Shown: in pieces, positions 34,773 through 47,900 of the stretch
How the letters are laid out: every line of letters begins with the position of its first letter
Numbering within the stretch: the first letter of the stretch is position 1
DNA from: Psammoneis japonica
Lineage: Eukaryota
Reading direction: 5' to 3'
Length of the DNA stretch: 64,000 bases
Assembly (NCBI GenBank): GCA_008632985.1
Contig: QPGO01000051.1
Span: 363,046 to 427,045, forward strand
The notes under the pieces: model-generated
Database searches by the model: none
What the model was told of the DNA's origin: nothing
Seen by the model: only the letters and a program-made list of their open reading frames with translations
Made by a program: the position numbers and the translations under genes

Positions 34773-37700
34773 TTACTGATCAACGCAGGATTGCCCTGCG
34801 CTTGTGCAGCATTTGGAGCAACACGGGCAGTTCACCGATGTTGACAGGCAATTAGCGATTAAACGTCCGATTTTGTTCTCTCGGGAACAAAAGGTCTCAT
34901 TATAGTCGTTGTCAAAATCGTTACCGTGCACAAGCAGCCCCTCTGCAGTGCAGGAGCAGTCATGTAAAACACACACGTCAGATGGAAAAGAGAGAAAACA
35001 CAGAGATTTTCGTCTCAATGTACAACTCACCTAGATTGGGTAAATTAGCCACACTTTCGGGGAAAACTCCCGTCAAACCGCACAGTGCGAAACCAAGCTG
35101 CTGTAGTCTAGTTAGGGAACCAAGCTCTGATGGCACGGATCCACTGTAGTTTCAAATACAACGCACACTCGCAGAACAAATTAGCGCACGGGGTAAACAA
35201 AACAAGGACTTCTGGAGCAACACAACACCCACCTTAACGTGTTCACGCCCAAGTCTAAGTTTGTAAGCAAACCAAGATTCCCATACTCGGTCGGAATACT
35301 CCCGCTGCCAGTCAGAGAAGAGAACGAGTTAGCAATACAGAGGAAGGAGGTCTTGCAGTAAAGGCGGCTCTCTGGAACTCACGTGAATCCCGAATCGTTG
35401 AGTATCAAAAAATCAAGGTTCGTAAGCGTGCCCAGCACACTTGGGAGTGGGCCCTCAAACCTATTGTTGTTCAATCCAAGGTCTCTCAGTAGCGTCAGTC
35501 GAGAAATGCTATCCGGGATACGACCAACCAACAAATTACTTTCTGCAGTTCAAAGCAGTCACATAATGAACGTCAAGACCGCGTGAGATATTCTAAAACA
35601 AAGCAGAATCTACCAGGACTTGTACGTGATCCACAACATCCACTTACCCAATCGGAGTTCCGCAACTCTGGTAGAAACCATGGAGTCGAAGAAATTATTG
35701 AGGGTGCCAAAGAGGAGATTGTTTCTAGAATGGACATAAACAGGAAGAGAAGCAAACGGCATGCCTTCCATGTAAGACGAACTCACAAATCGATTTTAGA
35801 GAAATACAGAAGAAAAGAAAATGGCAAGCACTCTTACCTGAGCCATACCTCCGTCAATCGATTGCTCAAAAGAGGAGGTACTCCTCCAATAAACCTATTA
35901 TTTTCAAGGTTTATGTCAATCAAGTTAGTTAGGTTCCCAAGCGATACCGGAAGAAATCCGTCCATAGAGTTGTTTCGCAGATTCAGCATTGTCAATCCTG
36001 TGAGGGTCGTCAGGCTTTCGGGAATGACATCTTCGATCTGATTAAAGGATAGATCCAGTCTCTCGAACTTTTCATTGCCTGTGAAGTCTGGCAGAGTCGA
36101 AGACAACAAATTGTTCGATAGGTCTAGGCGTCTCATTGTAGGAATGCTAACAAATGCGTGTGGAAGGCTCCCGCTGATGCCACAACCCGCACATTCAAAC
36201 CAATCAAGCATCTGTTCGGCAAGCGAGCATAGGTTACGTTATTCACATTATCTGCCAGAACAAAACTCGTTTTGAAGTAAAAAAGTAGACTCACCAAATC
36301 GTCACCAACAGCTGTGGGCAACTCGCCATTAAAGCTATTGCCGGATCCTAAAAATTGCACCAGCGTTTGAATCTGAAAAAGTCCAGCTGGAATACTTCCG
36401 GTCATCGAGTTAAATGACAAATCAAGACGTTCCAGAAGTGAAAGCTTGCCAATGTCGGGTGGAATGGGACCGACCAGAAGATTGCCCTTTACCTCCAAAA
36501 GCTTTAGATCGCTCAGATGGGTAAGCTCATTTGGAAGAGTGCCTTGCAAGTTGACGGAATCTGAATCAGTATAACAAACCGAGAACCACTGTAAGCTTCG
36601 GACATTAGTCAAGGTATACAAAACAAGCGACGCTGCTCTTACCCAACTCGACATGCTCAATAGAGAGGTCTGGCGTACAAAAAACTCCATCGTCATCTCC
36701 ATCGTTCCAGGAACAAACATTGTCTGCAGACAGAAAGTTATAATCCGTCGTATTACTCCAGCTATCCCCGCTTGTTGCAAAGTACAACAAAGCTAGGACG
36801 TAACGCTGTTGAAGTTCATCGTTGGTAGTCGTGGAGACAGAGGTTATATTTGCTGGATCTTCGAAGACAAGCCATTTGAGAGCGTCATTCTGAGCCGTGC
36901 CTTCCTCTAGAATTGCATCGCCAGACAAAGAGATGAGGCGATCTGCCACAATTTCGATTTGAGTCGGCTCCCTCGGGCAAGAGCAACCTTCCACCGTCTC
37001 GCGCACCAAATTGCAGTCCTCACTTGGGTCAGACCCAACATAAGCCACGTAGGTCGTGAAATCAGAACAACTTCTACTTCCAGTGCCGTCATCAGTGGCA
37101 TCAGAGCCATCGATACATAGGTCACAAGTTGATTCTGGCGGAGGTGGAGGGAGAGACGGACAACCACAAGAGAACCACGCTCGTGCCTGTCCTCTGGCAC
37201 ACGCTTCATCCGACGAAAGCAAGTCTCCCAGTGACATCATAAAGTCCGTACAGGTCTCGGACGAGTTTGAAGGGGAGACAAGCGCGTCAAGATTCGCAGG
37301 AGTAGACCCATCGAAGCAAAGCGAACACGATTCGGTAACAGGCGGAGGGGACGATAGGGGAGAAGTCGGTGACGGCGTCGTTGGTGTTTGCGTAGCTGGA
37401 TCAGGATTGCTGTTGTCACTTTTACCAGTAACTAGCAATACGACAACAACCACACCAGCAGCAAGTGCTACGACGCCAAGGCCAGCCCACAGGATCCATC
37501 GTTTATAAAATGGTAGTTTCGTTGTCTGACTAGCAGGAGGCAGAATTGCAGGTGCTCGTGCCGCAGGGCCTTGGTTTATCTGTTCCTCCCTGAAACGCTG
37601 CTCAAGTATGTCGGCAATATTTTCTTCACGCTCACGAACGCGTCTTTCGATCTGCTCTTCAATGTCCGCCTCGTCCGGCACCACTTCTGCTGCTATAGCC

Positions 37701-38179
37701 AGTGTTTGGCCATTTCCAGCTCCGGAAAGGTCGAGAGGCTCCTCAGTCGACCGACTAGCAGCCATGCCTTCTTCCAACCTGGCTTGATGCCTTTGAATAT
37801 TAGGCCCTTGAACATGCTGAACCAAGTTTGATGGACGCATGTCTTTTTCAGCGACGTGATGGCGACGAGATCGTTTCGCGGGCTCTGATGATCCATACCG
37901 ACGCCACTGCCCTGTCGGAGCCGCCCCTGACATTGGAACGACCCCGGGCATGGTTGCAGCAGCACTCGTAGAGACCGAAATGTGCCTCTTTTCTTCAGGT
38001 ACTCTGCGTTCATTTCGAACACGAGCCACAGCTGTTTCTGCTGGTGTTTCAGGCATCATCTCGGCGAACCCTCCACCCTTTGTTGGTATCGGTGGCTTAT
38101 CATAGCGAGACCTGGGGACGGAAGGAGGTTTACTATCCTCTCCTTCGTCCGCTCTAGACATTCGTGACGACTTCCTCAT
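34773..38179 (-). CDS. Multi-exon leucine-rich-repeat membrane protein (diatom type II LRR)
   Basis: N-terminal cytosolic region, TM (WILWAGLGVVALAAGVVVVVLLV), LRR N-cap (QRYVLALLYFATSGDSW...CSW), several exons with plant-like LRRs (LDLSFNSMTGSIP) and a Cys-rich end (VNCPCCSKCC). Not all internal exon boundaries were resolved. Confidence 0.85.
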
Positions 38180-38663
38180 TTTCTATCTTTTCTTGCATTC
38201 GTCCGCTTGTTGCTATTTTTTGTGTCCACCTTTTACAGACAGTACTTCGATCTCGAAAGGACTTCATTCACGAACGTATCCGCGACACATGATGTGGTCT
38301 TGAACCCAACATTTACATATATTCAGCGTTGAATGTTTAGGAAAAAGGGGCACATGCGTTTTCATCAGTACAGTGTCCTTGTATGAAACTATTCATGAAC
38401 GAATACTACTTAGTATAAGCAAATCCGCGATCACTTAGTCGGGTTGGATTCACGAACGCCGAATTGCGGATTCGAAAATAGTACGGAGCGAGAAGCCCGG
38501 CACAAAATCTCACAAATCTTTCATCGCTTGATTGTTCTGCTTTCTCAACAAAGAGGTAAGTTCTCTGATAGCATGAATGAGTCATAACAGATCAAATTAT
38601 CATCTCCCTAACGAAAGAAACATACCTGGTCCTATTTTGCATGCAGCGTGGACGTGGACTATC

Positions 38664-40988
38664 ATGAGCATGTATCTTGCCAGTTCCGCAGGAGGCAGCG
38701 ACGCATCGACTGCCTCTTCAAGCAACGCGACTCCAAATCAGAATACCGTGACGACGACCACGACCATCCAGGCCGATGGGACACGGGTCAAGACCACTGA
38801 AACATGTCGAAGAGACGGCTCAAAATCAGTGACGGTTGAATCAATCGATGCTCAAGGCAATCGTACAGTTGAACAGAGTGAATACGCAGCATGCGTCCCA
38901 ATGAATTCTCCCGAAAACGAAAGGATCTCTGGTGACATCTCTTACCAAAACCAACCGTACATGGAGCCCGTACCAGAAACAATGGACCCTGAATACCCAG
39001 TTGTGGATGTCCCGTTGGATGAAGAACGCGCCATGGAAACGCCTCAAAAAGTTGGCGGTCATGTCGTTGGTCCGGGACCTTATACGAACGGAATCAAACC
39101 AGAGGTCAAAGAGGAGGAAAAAGGCTTTTGGACCCGCCGTAACAAGATCATCGTCGGAGTTTTGGGATCGATAGTGCTTGTTGGTGCCATTGTTGGAGTT
39201 GCTGTTGGCGTCAGCAGTTCTGGTGGTTCCTCATCCAATGAGAAAGCACCAGGGGAAGGGGAAGTCTCTAGCGCTCTGGAAGGCACCAGCTTTACCGACA
39301 CGTGGCCTTCACAAGAGGGCGTTGTAGTTGGCCCTTCCTATCAGTCTTTCGCCGTCACCACGCTTTCGCTTTGTGCTCAGCAGTGTGAAGCTGTGGGAGC
39401 TGAAGCTGGATTCTTCAAGCCCAGCCAAGGATTAAACGACCCGGCAATGTGCGGCTGCGAATTTGACTCCAAGTGCTTGGACCCAACCCTAGCGATAACC
39501 GGAGCCCAAGTTTTCTCTCAGTTTTCCAAGCCAAGCATGTGCGCAATGTCGCTTTGTGACTTGTCGCCAGATGATTCGCTTTGCACACTTTCGTCTACAG
39601 AGACACCCTCTCCTACTACACAAGGAACGACACCGAGCCCCGTCTCTACCTCTCCCCCGACGGCTTTCACCCAAGCCCCTATAACGCCATCCACACCACG
39701 TCCTACGCCGTCTACGCCGCGTCCAACGCCATCTACGCCGCCCCCCTCACCTCCCTCTGGTTCAACAAATCAAGAAGCAGTTTACATTGCGATTTGGGTA
39801 GGCGTGACTGACCAAGACGATTTATGCGAAATTCCTCAGCCTGGGTTGGAAGTTTCTTGCGGCCCGGGCGGTACGGTCGACTTCTTAAACTCAACGGCCA
39901 ATGCGCAGTGCTCGACGGTCGGCACTGGAAGTCTCAGCTGCACAGGCGCCTTTAATGATGTAGATACATCCGCAGTGGTTGTATACAGTTGTATTGGCAC
40001 GTCAGAATCAGCTTGGTCGTCCCAAGTTACTGCTATTGAAGACACATCCGTGAATTGTGATAATGGGGGCGCGGCAGGTACCCGTTTGTTCCTTTCTCAG
40101 CGATGTCCATTAGAAGACGATGATTTCAATAACATGCAGTGCAATCCGTCAAGCGCTTTGGGCACAACGAATAGCGGCATGGACAACTGCCTCACGTTTA
40201 ACGTCTGCAGCACCGCTTCGTGCAATCTGAGCACTCCCGCCGTGTCTTCAAGTGTCACCCCAAGTTTGGTGTCAAGGGATTGTTTGTTCAAGGTAAATGG
40301 TAACCCTTCACCACCTCAGACGCCCCCACCAACTCCTGCGCCACCAGGTGGAGGCAGCCCTATGAGCGCACGTTATCAGGCAGAGTGGTTTGGGGTAACC
40401 ACAGAGGCAGAGCTGTGCCGTGATCCAACTCCAGGAATCCTTATTTCTTGCGGAGCAGGTGGCACAGCTTCTATTCTCGATACAACCGACACGGCCACCT
40501 GCGTGATGGTGTCTGGAAAAGAGCAAATACGTTGCACTGGCACGTCTTCAGAGGATGGATTCTGGGGTATTCTTTATGCGTGTCGAGGTAGAACGCCCGC
40601 TTCCATGACTACTTCCGTGGAAGCTCTCCCCGATACCTCCGTGTCTTGTCAGGGAGGGGTGCTGGAGGTACTCGCCTTCTGATTGGTAAGTGGTTGAAGC
40701 ATTGTTGTCATTCATCTTGGCTTTCTATGAAAAACCTGTAGCTCACGCACCAGCACTGGCAAAACTCTTCTTGCTCCCTTGATAGGTAAACGCTGTCCAG
40801 GATCTGAAGAAGTGGATTACAGCGACATTGAATGCGACCCCGACGACGCCTTCTCCGAAACAACCTCGGGTCGCGGCAGCTGCTTGACCTTCGAAATTTG
40901 CCTCCAAGAAACGTGTGATCTCGCCACCCCTCCAGTATCAGGGAGTATTTCTGCCTCGTCAATCTCTGATAGTTGCCTCTTCACGTAA
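38664..40988 (+). CDS. Type II membrane protein with Pro/Thr-rich stalks and two copies of a Cys-rich extracellular module
   Basis: TM IIVGVLGSIVLVGAIVGVAVGV. Repeated module (WVGVTDQDDLCEIP..SCG / WFGVTTEAELCRDP..SCG). A frameshift in the G run near 40657 plus intron 40686-40785 gives GAGGTRLLIGKRCP, matching GAAGTRLFLSQRCP of the first module. A probable 5'UTR intron lies at about 38555-38646. Confidence 0.7.
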
Positions 40989-41999
40989 ACGAGATCCTGA
41001 ATGATTTCTGTGTTTGGCGCCACAGACTATTCCACAATTTCATGTTGCATGTTGCGTCCCCTTTATCTTACATTGAGGCTTTTGATATTAGTATTCACGT
41101 CTTTTTTATTCTGATTTCCCATAGTAGAGCTGACTGTTTTCACGTATCAAATAGAACAACACAGCGTCGTCGCTTTCCCTTCCGCCTCAGAACTATCGTG
41201 ATACTCGTAGTGCGACGTGCGACGTCTTGTCATGATAGGTGGACCGTAGCTCCTGACCGAGCAGTCAGAAGGGTAAGGTACGTATCATCGATCAGCACTG
41301 AACGTAAGCGTGACTCATCATTATCCGATACGGTGCTAAATTCGGTTTCAGCGATGAACTCGATTAGTAGATGTTGCCGACTGCGCACAAGACTGGGTTT
41401 TTCATGTGGGAACCTCTCGCGTTGTGCTTTTGAGTTGTTTAGTAGATATTTGATATACTTTATATTCGTGTCTTAAAATACATTAATGACCGGCTAAATA
41501 ACTCGACACTATTACTGTCTTCTTCAACACGCACACATCCCTGTTCCCTGTCCCTGCCGCTTTCACGGTCACGCAACAGCAACAGGAGGTGTGACGACCG
41601 GGCGGCTGCCGCTGATCATCATGCCCCAATACCCACGGTCGATGCGGCGGCAACTTGCCATAGATTCAGGAGGTGCATCAGGCATACACTAGCGTATGTT
41701 CGCCGAGTGTTGTGCAGTGAGTATTAAGGCTTTCCCATGACAGCGGTGATCTCTCGATGGCACCATGGTGCACCAGGAAGAAACGAAAATGTCGAAGGTT
41801 TCCAATTTTGTTAAACAAAAAAGTCTTTGGGGCAATATGGCTTATTGGGATGAGCGAGGCACCATAAATATCCAGCAGAATGCAGTGAAACCGCGATTTG
41901 TCGAATTTGATCAAAGAAAAAGAAAAAAAAAGTGGGGAGAGGAGAGCATGGACCCATGCTTCCACTAGAGTAGTCGGTCGCTAGTCTCTAGACACCAAC

Positions 42000-44900
42000 A
42001 TGAGACTCAAGACTCTGTTGCCTTCGTTTCTCTTGCTAAATTGTGCTGCAGCAAATGATGTCTCTTCGAATAATGAGGCATCTTTCAAGAAGATTAGGAG
42101 AACGGATACTGACAAGTGCCCGTCTGATGTAATCCACAAAAATCGAACTTGTACGACACCTTGGTCGACATATGTGGGCAAGGATCCCTTGTATTCCAGC
42201 GAGATTGTTATCGAATGCGGGGATTGCGTTCAATTCGACCTTTCCCAGGAACAAAATATTACTTTAAATGGCGGATTATTTGTCAAAGGGAAATTGGTGA
42301 GAAGCTCTCATGAACGATGATGGTTGATGCCCCATAGATTGTTGCCTTTCTAAGTGCTCCTTTGTTCTTCATCAGGTCTTTCCACGTGGCACAAAGACAT
42401 CGATTGAGACACCTCATGTACGAGTCCTTGACGAAGGTTACGTGGAAGGACATGAAGGTATCTTCCGTTTCAATGACGACTTCAGAGATTTCCCAGTAAC
42501 AGCGAAGGGCACACCACAACGAGTAAGTCGAATGCTTTGCGCCATCATGAGTCGTCAGTCGACATCTTGAATGATGACGCCTGGGGAAATTTGTTAACTA
42601 AGAACTCAAAGCCTTGCTCCTACTTTGCCTGTCTGGATAGGCACTTTCTAAGCTACCACCTGGATGCCCTAAGAATGGAGTGATATTAAGCGAATCGTTC
42701 TCCACTCCGGACTCGATCGTGCCGTACCAACGCTATCAAAGAGACAAAAGCGTGTTCGCTTCATTCACCCACAAGCTCGGGTATCGACCAGGGGGGTTTG
42801 TTGCCGTCAATGATAGGACCAGCAGTCTCCAAGGACTTGTCATGAGTCTTAAACATTTGAACCCTTGTTTCGATGAAGGAGAACAATATGTACTCACAGC
42901 AAAGATTCGGCTTCGAAAACCTGGAGTTGCCCGTAAAACACCGACGGAATGTGCCTCGAGTGGAAAGGGGTGTGTTGTGGTGAGAACAGTCGTCAAGACG
43001 GCAGGAAATATCATGTTTGGGAGGGATAAGTACGAAGAGAAAGCATCGTTTGAGACAGCATACGGAGAATGGTGGGAGATAAACGCATCCTTTAGCTTCT
43101 GGTCATTTGGTAGGTTTGGCGAACTCGCCAGCGACAATCTTTATCACAACCTGTCCTTTGAAGGGCCTGGTCCCGGGGTCATTTTGGATATTGATGACAT
43201 TATGATTCGAACAGAGGACGCCGTCATTGACAAAGTCAAGCCTTCCCCAAAGACGAAACCTCCACCCAAAAAATCACCTCCGAGCGCAAAGGGATGCTCA
43301 AACCTTGTGTACAACGGGAGCTTCGACTCTGGATCTGTTTCCCCTTGGAGCAACCCCAAAGGCGATGAACTTAAGCTTGTTACCGGTGCAAATGGATCTG
43401 CATTGGCCGCCAGGACTGGTAACCCAATGCAATACATTAATGGAGGTTGCTTTCGAGCAGGAACACTTTACGAGGTGAGACTACGACTATTACAATCCTG
43501 GCATGTTAGCGCTATAACCGACCATCCTTTTCTTCTCAATTCCTTACATCAACTGTGTATTTCAGGCATCACTAAAGTACAAGTTTAAGAAAAGCAACGG
43601 AAAGATAATCCAATGCAGTTCAGACTGGTGAGCCGAATCCATGTCCTCTTTCTTTGTAATTGGGGCGTCATATCGTCATGCGCTAACTTTGTATGCGGTA
43701 ACCTTTTTCTCCAATTGCGCAGCCCGGAGCTTATCCTACGAATTTCTCGTGGAAAGAAATTAAAATACATGACCATTGCGCCGTCCGCAGGGCCGTCTGA
43801 CACTTCTGACGGTTGGTTCGAAATGTATGGCACGTTCATGGTCGACGATAAGGATTTCAATGCCGACAGTACCTTTCGAATTAGCTTCATCGGCATCGGG
43901 GAAGGACAAGGCGTTGTCATTGATGATGTTGCTATCAGGGAAAAGCCGCTTGAATGCACCAGGAATCTTGTATTAAATTCAAACTCAAATCGAGGCTACC
44001 AGGGATTCTGGAAACTCACCGGCCAAGGGAAAATTGAGGACTTTTACACGAGCAACTCGAAAGCCATACGATTATCGAAGCGAAAGGAAAGCAGCGATGG
44101 CCTGTCATACGAGGCGAACAGGTGGGTTGATCTACGCTGTTTCACGCCCGGCAGTATTTTGGAGTTCAGCATTGACATGAAATTGTTCGACAGGGGAACC
44201 AATAACACTGGTGCGTATTCCTTCTTCCGCTATATTTTGCACAAACTGTTCGAAAGTCTAATTGCACTCCTTCTGAACTTGGTAATAGCATGGTGTGATA
44301 TATCTACGTCAGTGGTGGATAGAGCGTGCCCTTCACTGCGCATCATTGGCTATGACGCAAAATCTAAAAAGCGGACGCCCTTCTTCCAACTCATTTACTC
44401 GAACGCCTATAAAACGTTGTGGGACAGGAGAACGTTCAATCGTCTAAGTGCGTCCGTGACCGTTCCTGCATGGGTTACTACGCATTTCGGGAAGCTGCAA
44501 GTCTCAATCGGGAAGGATGTCGACTCTAAGAAGGACATTGTTGTTGATAACTTCTCGATCAGGGCAGTGACCGGTGGAGGCAATCTAATATCGCCGGCAC
44601 CCCCGTTTATTTCACCGGCACCTCCAACGAGACGATCAGCTCCAACCCCGGCACCGACAATGCTCACAATCCCCCTAGGCAAAAAGAACGACTGCCCGAA
44701 AAAGGGACATTCTGTGATCGTGTCGGATACTACCCGGGCATTTTCCGTAAGCGATGGTCTTTGCACCCTTACCAAGGTTTACACCGAAACCGGAGGCAAC
44801 GTAGTAGATGTAGTCCCGATTGCTCGTTCATATGATGGCAACGAGTGGGAAGCTGCTGGTGGCGGTTTCGCTGCAAGGGTGTTTTCCGCGAGCAAAATAA

Positions 44901-47900
44901 AATGCAAGTCTGAGACTTGTCGAATGTCGCTTCCAGCTCTTGGAAAGGGAGAAAAGTACGTTCTCACATCTCACAAGTACGAAGGAATCGGTAGGAAAGA
45001 TGCAATCGCACGCTTTCTCGAGACGTCTACATTCGGAATTCGAACTTCTGACGTAAACAACTGGGAACTCCCAAATAAGGGTATTTGGATTATGCAACAA
45101 ATGTCGTTGCCAGTCACGTCTCACCGAGAGTACTGGAGATCGCGAGCAAACCCCCGGGTAAGTTCTATAATCAGAATGATTATCTCTTTGTCGGTTGCAG
45201 GTTCTCGTTGTGCTCACACAGAGATTTTTTTGCGTTCTCTGCAGTGGCAACTTTCACAGACAATTGGAAAATCTACGTCACCATGCAGTAAGTTCAGTCG
45301 CTGGCGCAAGTTTACCTTGACAACCAAGGACCTTCGTGTCAGAGATTCGCCGGTGTCAGGAGAAGTCTTCATCAAGAATACTACTTTGGCAATCGACGCG
45401 GACGGAAAAGCCGTCCCAAGTGGCCCTTACAAGATAGTTGTAGACGGTGAGTATGCTTGGGCCTCAATGCGACGTTGCCTTTCCCCCTCGTGTTCATCGC
45501 TCAAGCTTTCATTTTCGAATTTTTGTGCTTGTAGGACGTGTCAGAACGGTAGTCAAGGACATTGAATGGGAGTATCCTCTGACAAGGAATCGTTTTCCAA
45601 CATGGGATCCAGAATTTGGGTATTTCATCTGCAGTGCCCCGTACGACTCTGTCGGTGGCCAATTGCATCTCAGAACGAAACCATACAAGGGAAATCCTGA
45701 CGGCGACTGCCAAAGGGTATCGACTGGAAATCCAGCTCTTCGCTTTAATAAGCTCCCTCGAAAGCTTTTGCGTCTTTCGGGCAATAGTTTGAAGACGCTC
45801 CGAAATGATATGTACTTGCTTCAAACTGAGCTGTCAGGCGAGCTGTGTAACTCTCTTCCGCCACATGCTGAAGATTCTGATCCTGCCGTGTATGCTCTTC
45901 ATCCCACAATAGGGTTGGTTCAATGGGATCCATCCCTTTCTTTGGAGCAAAATACAATGGATTCACCGACCCGTGATGGTGGGGGCTCCATTGTGCGCGC
46001 AACGGGCGGCACTACTGCTTGCTTCAATGCTCCACGAACGTTCACAAACGCTGCCAAATGCATTCTCTCCAATCAAGACACGGCCTGTGGACCGGCAAGT
46101 TCCACAACCGGCAGCACCATCGTTTGTGGATCGCCAGGTAAGTCTTGTTTTGCGACCAGCGCGAGCGCGGGACCCTTTGCTCACGTCTCACAATCCGCTC
46201 TCTCTAAAATTGATCCCCAGGAGAAGTTGCTTCTGATCCAAGACTAGGCCCAGAGTATGATGTCGCGAGTGATGTAAAAAGGGACACAACAGACCCTGAG
46301 GATCTTGCTCGTCAGAGAGAAACAGTATGGACAATGGTTGCCCTTTTTTCGCAAGATCAGCTTCGGCAACGAATGGCTTGGGCTTTAAGTCAGATTGTGG
46401 CCTTGGCCAAGGAATCCGTCACTGTGCAAGACACTGACACAGAGGCCTTCCTTCAATTTTACGACATTTTTGTCAGAAATGCGTTCCGCAATTATTTTGA
46501 TGTGTTGCGGGAAATCAGTTACTCTCCATTAATGGCGGAAAATCTGTCTTACCTCGAATCAAAGTCGGCTGCATATGTATTGGAGAAAACAGACCAGGTG
46601 GAGTTTGCCGACGAGAACTTTGCACGCGAGATTATGCAACTTTTCAGTACAGGGCTGGTGATGCTAAACGATGATGGCACACCGATTCTCAACTCCAAAG
46701 GCCGGCCCCAGAAGGTATACTCGAACGCCGACATTAGATCCGTTTCTCGAGTTTGGACAGGATTTCTCCGGCAACATCGTCGTGGCAACATCGAGTCTAG
46801 CGACGGAGAGAATCGAATCGACCCAATGAAGATAAATCCGGAGTGGCACGACCGCTTCCCAAAGTCAGACTTGTATGGAGGATTCATCGGTGATGGATAC
46901 CCACTTTGCGTTGACCTGCCCAAGAGGAACTTTCTCAGGAAAGGCGCAAAGTATCGACTGCTTGGTAGCTCACCAATCCCGGAATTGATGACGGACGATG
47001 AAAGATTCAAGCAGAGATTCGTCCTCAGCAAGAAGACGTCATCTCTACACAGTCAATTGTGCAACAGAAAAGATGACAGGTGTCAATACCGACAAGAGGT
47101 AGTGTTGAGCAAAAACCTTCGGTGCGACGGGGACGAATGCAAGGTAGACACGGTGCGCGTTGTTCAAGTATCATCTGGTATCTTCTACGAGTATATTCAA
47201 CCTCCATGCGTTGAACACTCGTTTTACTCCGGTGCAATGAAACTGAACCTGAGACGCGATGACGAGCCTGCAATCTGTGGAAATCCCTTGCTGCCAATTG
47301 CGACTTCTGCTTGCTGTGAAGAGCCGGACGGGTACACTGATGCAATTTCAAAGAACTTGTATGAGATCGAGCGCATGACATTCGAGACGCAAGACGCACG
47401 GTGTCGAGCGATGGGAAGAGAATCGTGCGAGTATTCCAGGGTCGATGCGGGGTTAGAGTCATACCAAAACAACGTCGTCTACCACTGGGCGAAGACTCCA
47501 TGTACACTAAAGTTGAAAGTAAACCCTCATGGCGAAATTGCAGTAGTGCATACGATGCGTCGTGGCGACATCAAGGTACGACATGTGGACGAAAGTACAA
47601 CCAATTTCTTCAAGGTCCAATGGGACGATGGCTTTCCAAAAGCATCAGCAAACTCCTGTGGCGACTGCGCCGTCATTGATGAGAATTGTTGCTTGTGTGA
47701 AACTCGAGTCAAGGAAACCATGGTGTTTTCTAGTGTGCCACGGGTGACGGCACAAATTGTTTCAGCTTTGCACATTGGCGCACCAGACCCAGAATCCTTT
47801 GATCACGGTACCTACATACCTACTGTTGTGAATGGTTTTCTGACCGTACACAACAAACCGTCCGGACTAGGGCCCGATACAATTTTCGAGGTCGTTGATG

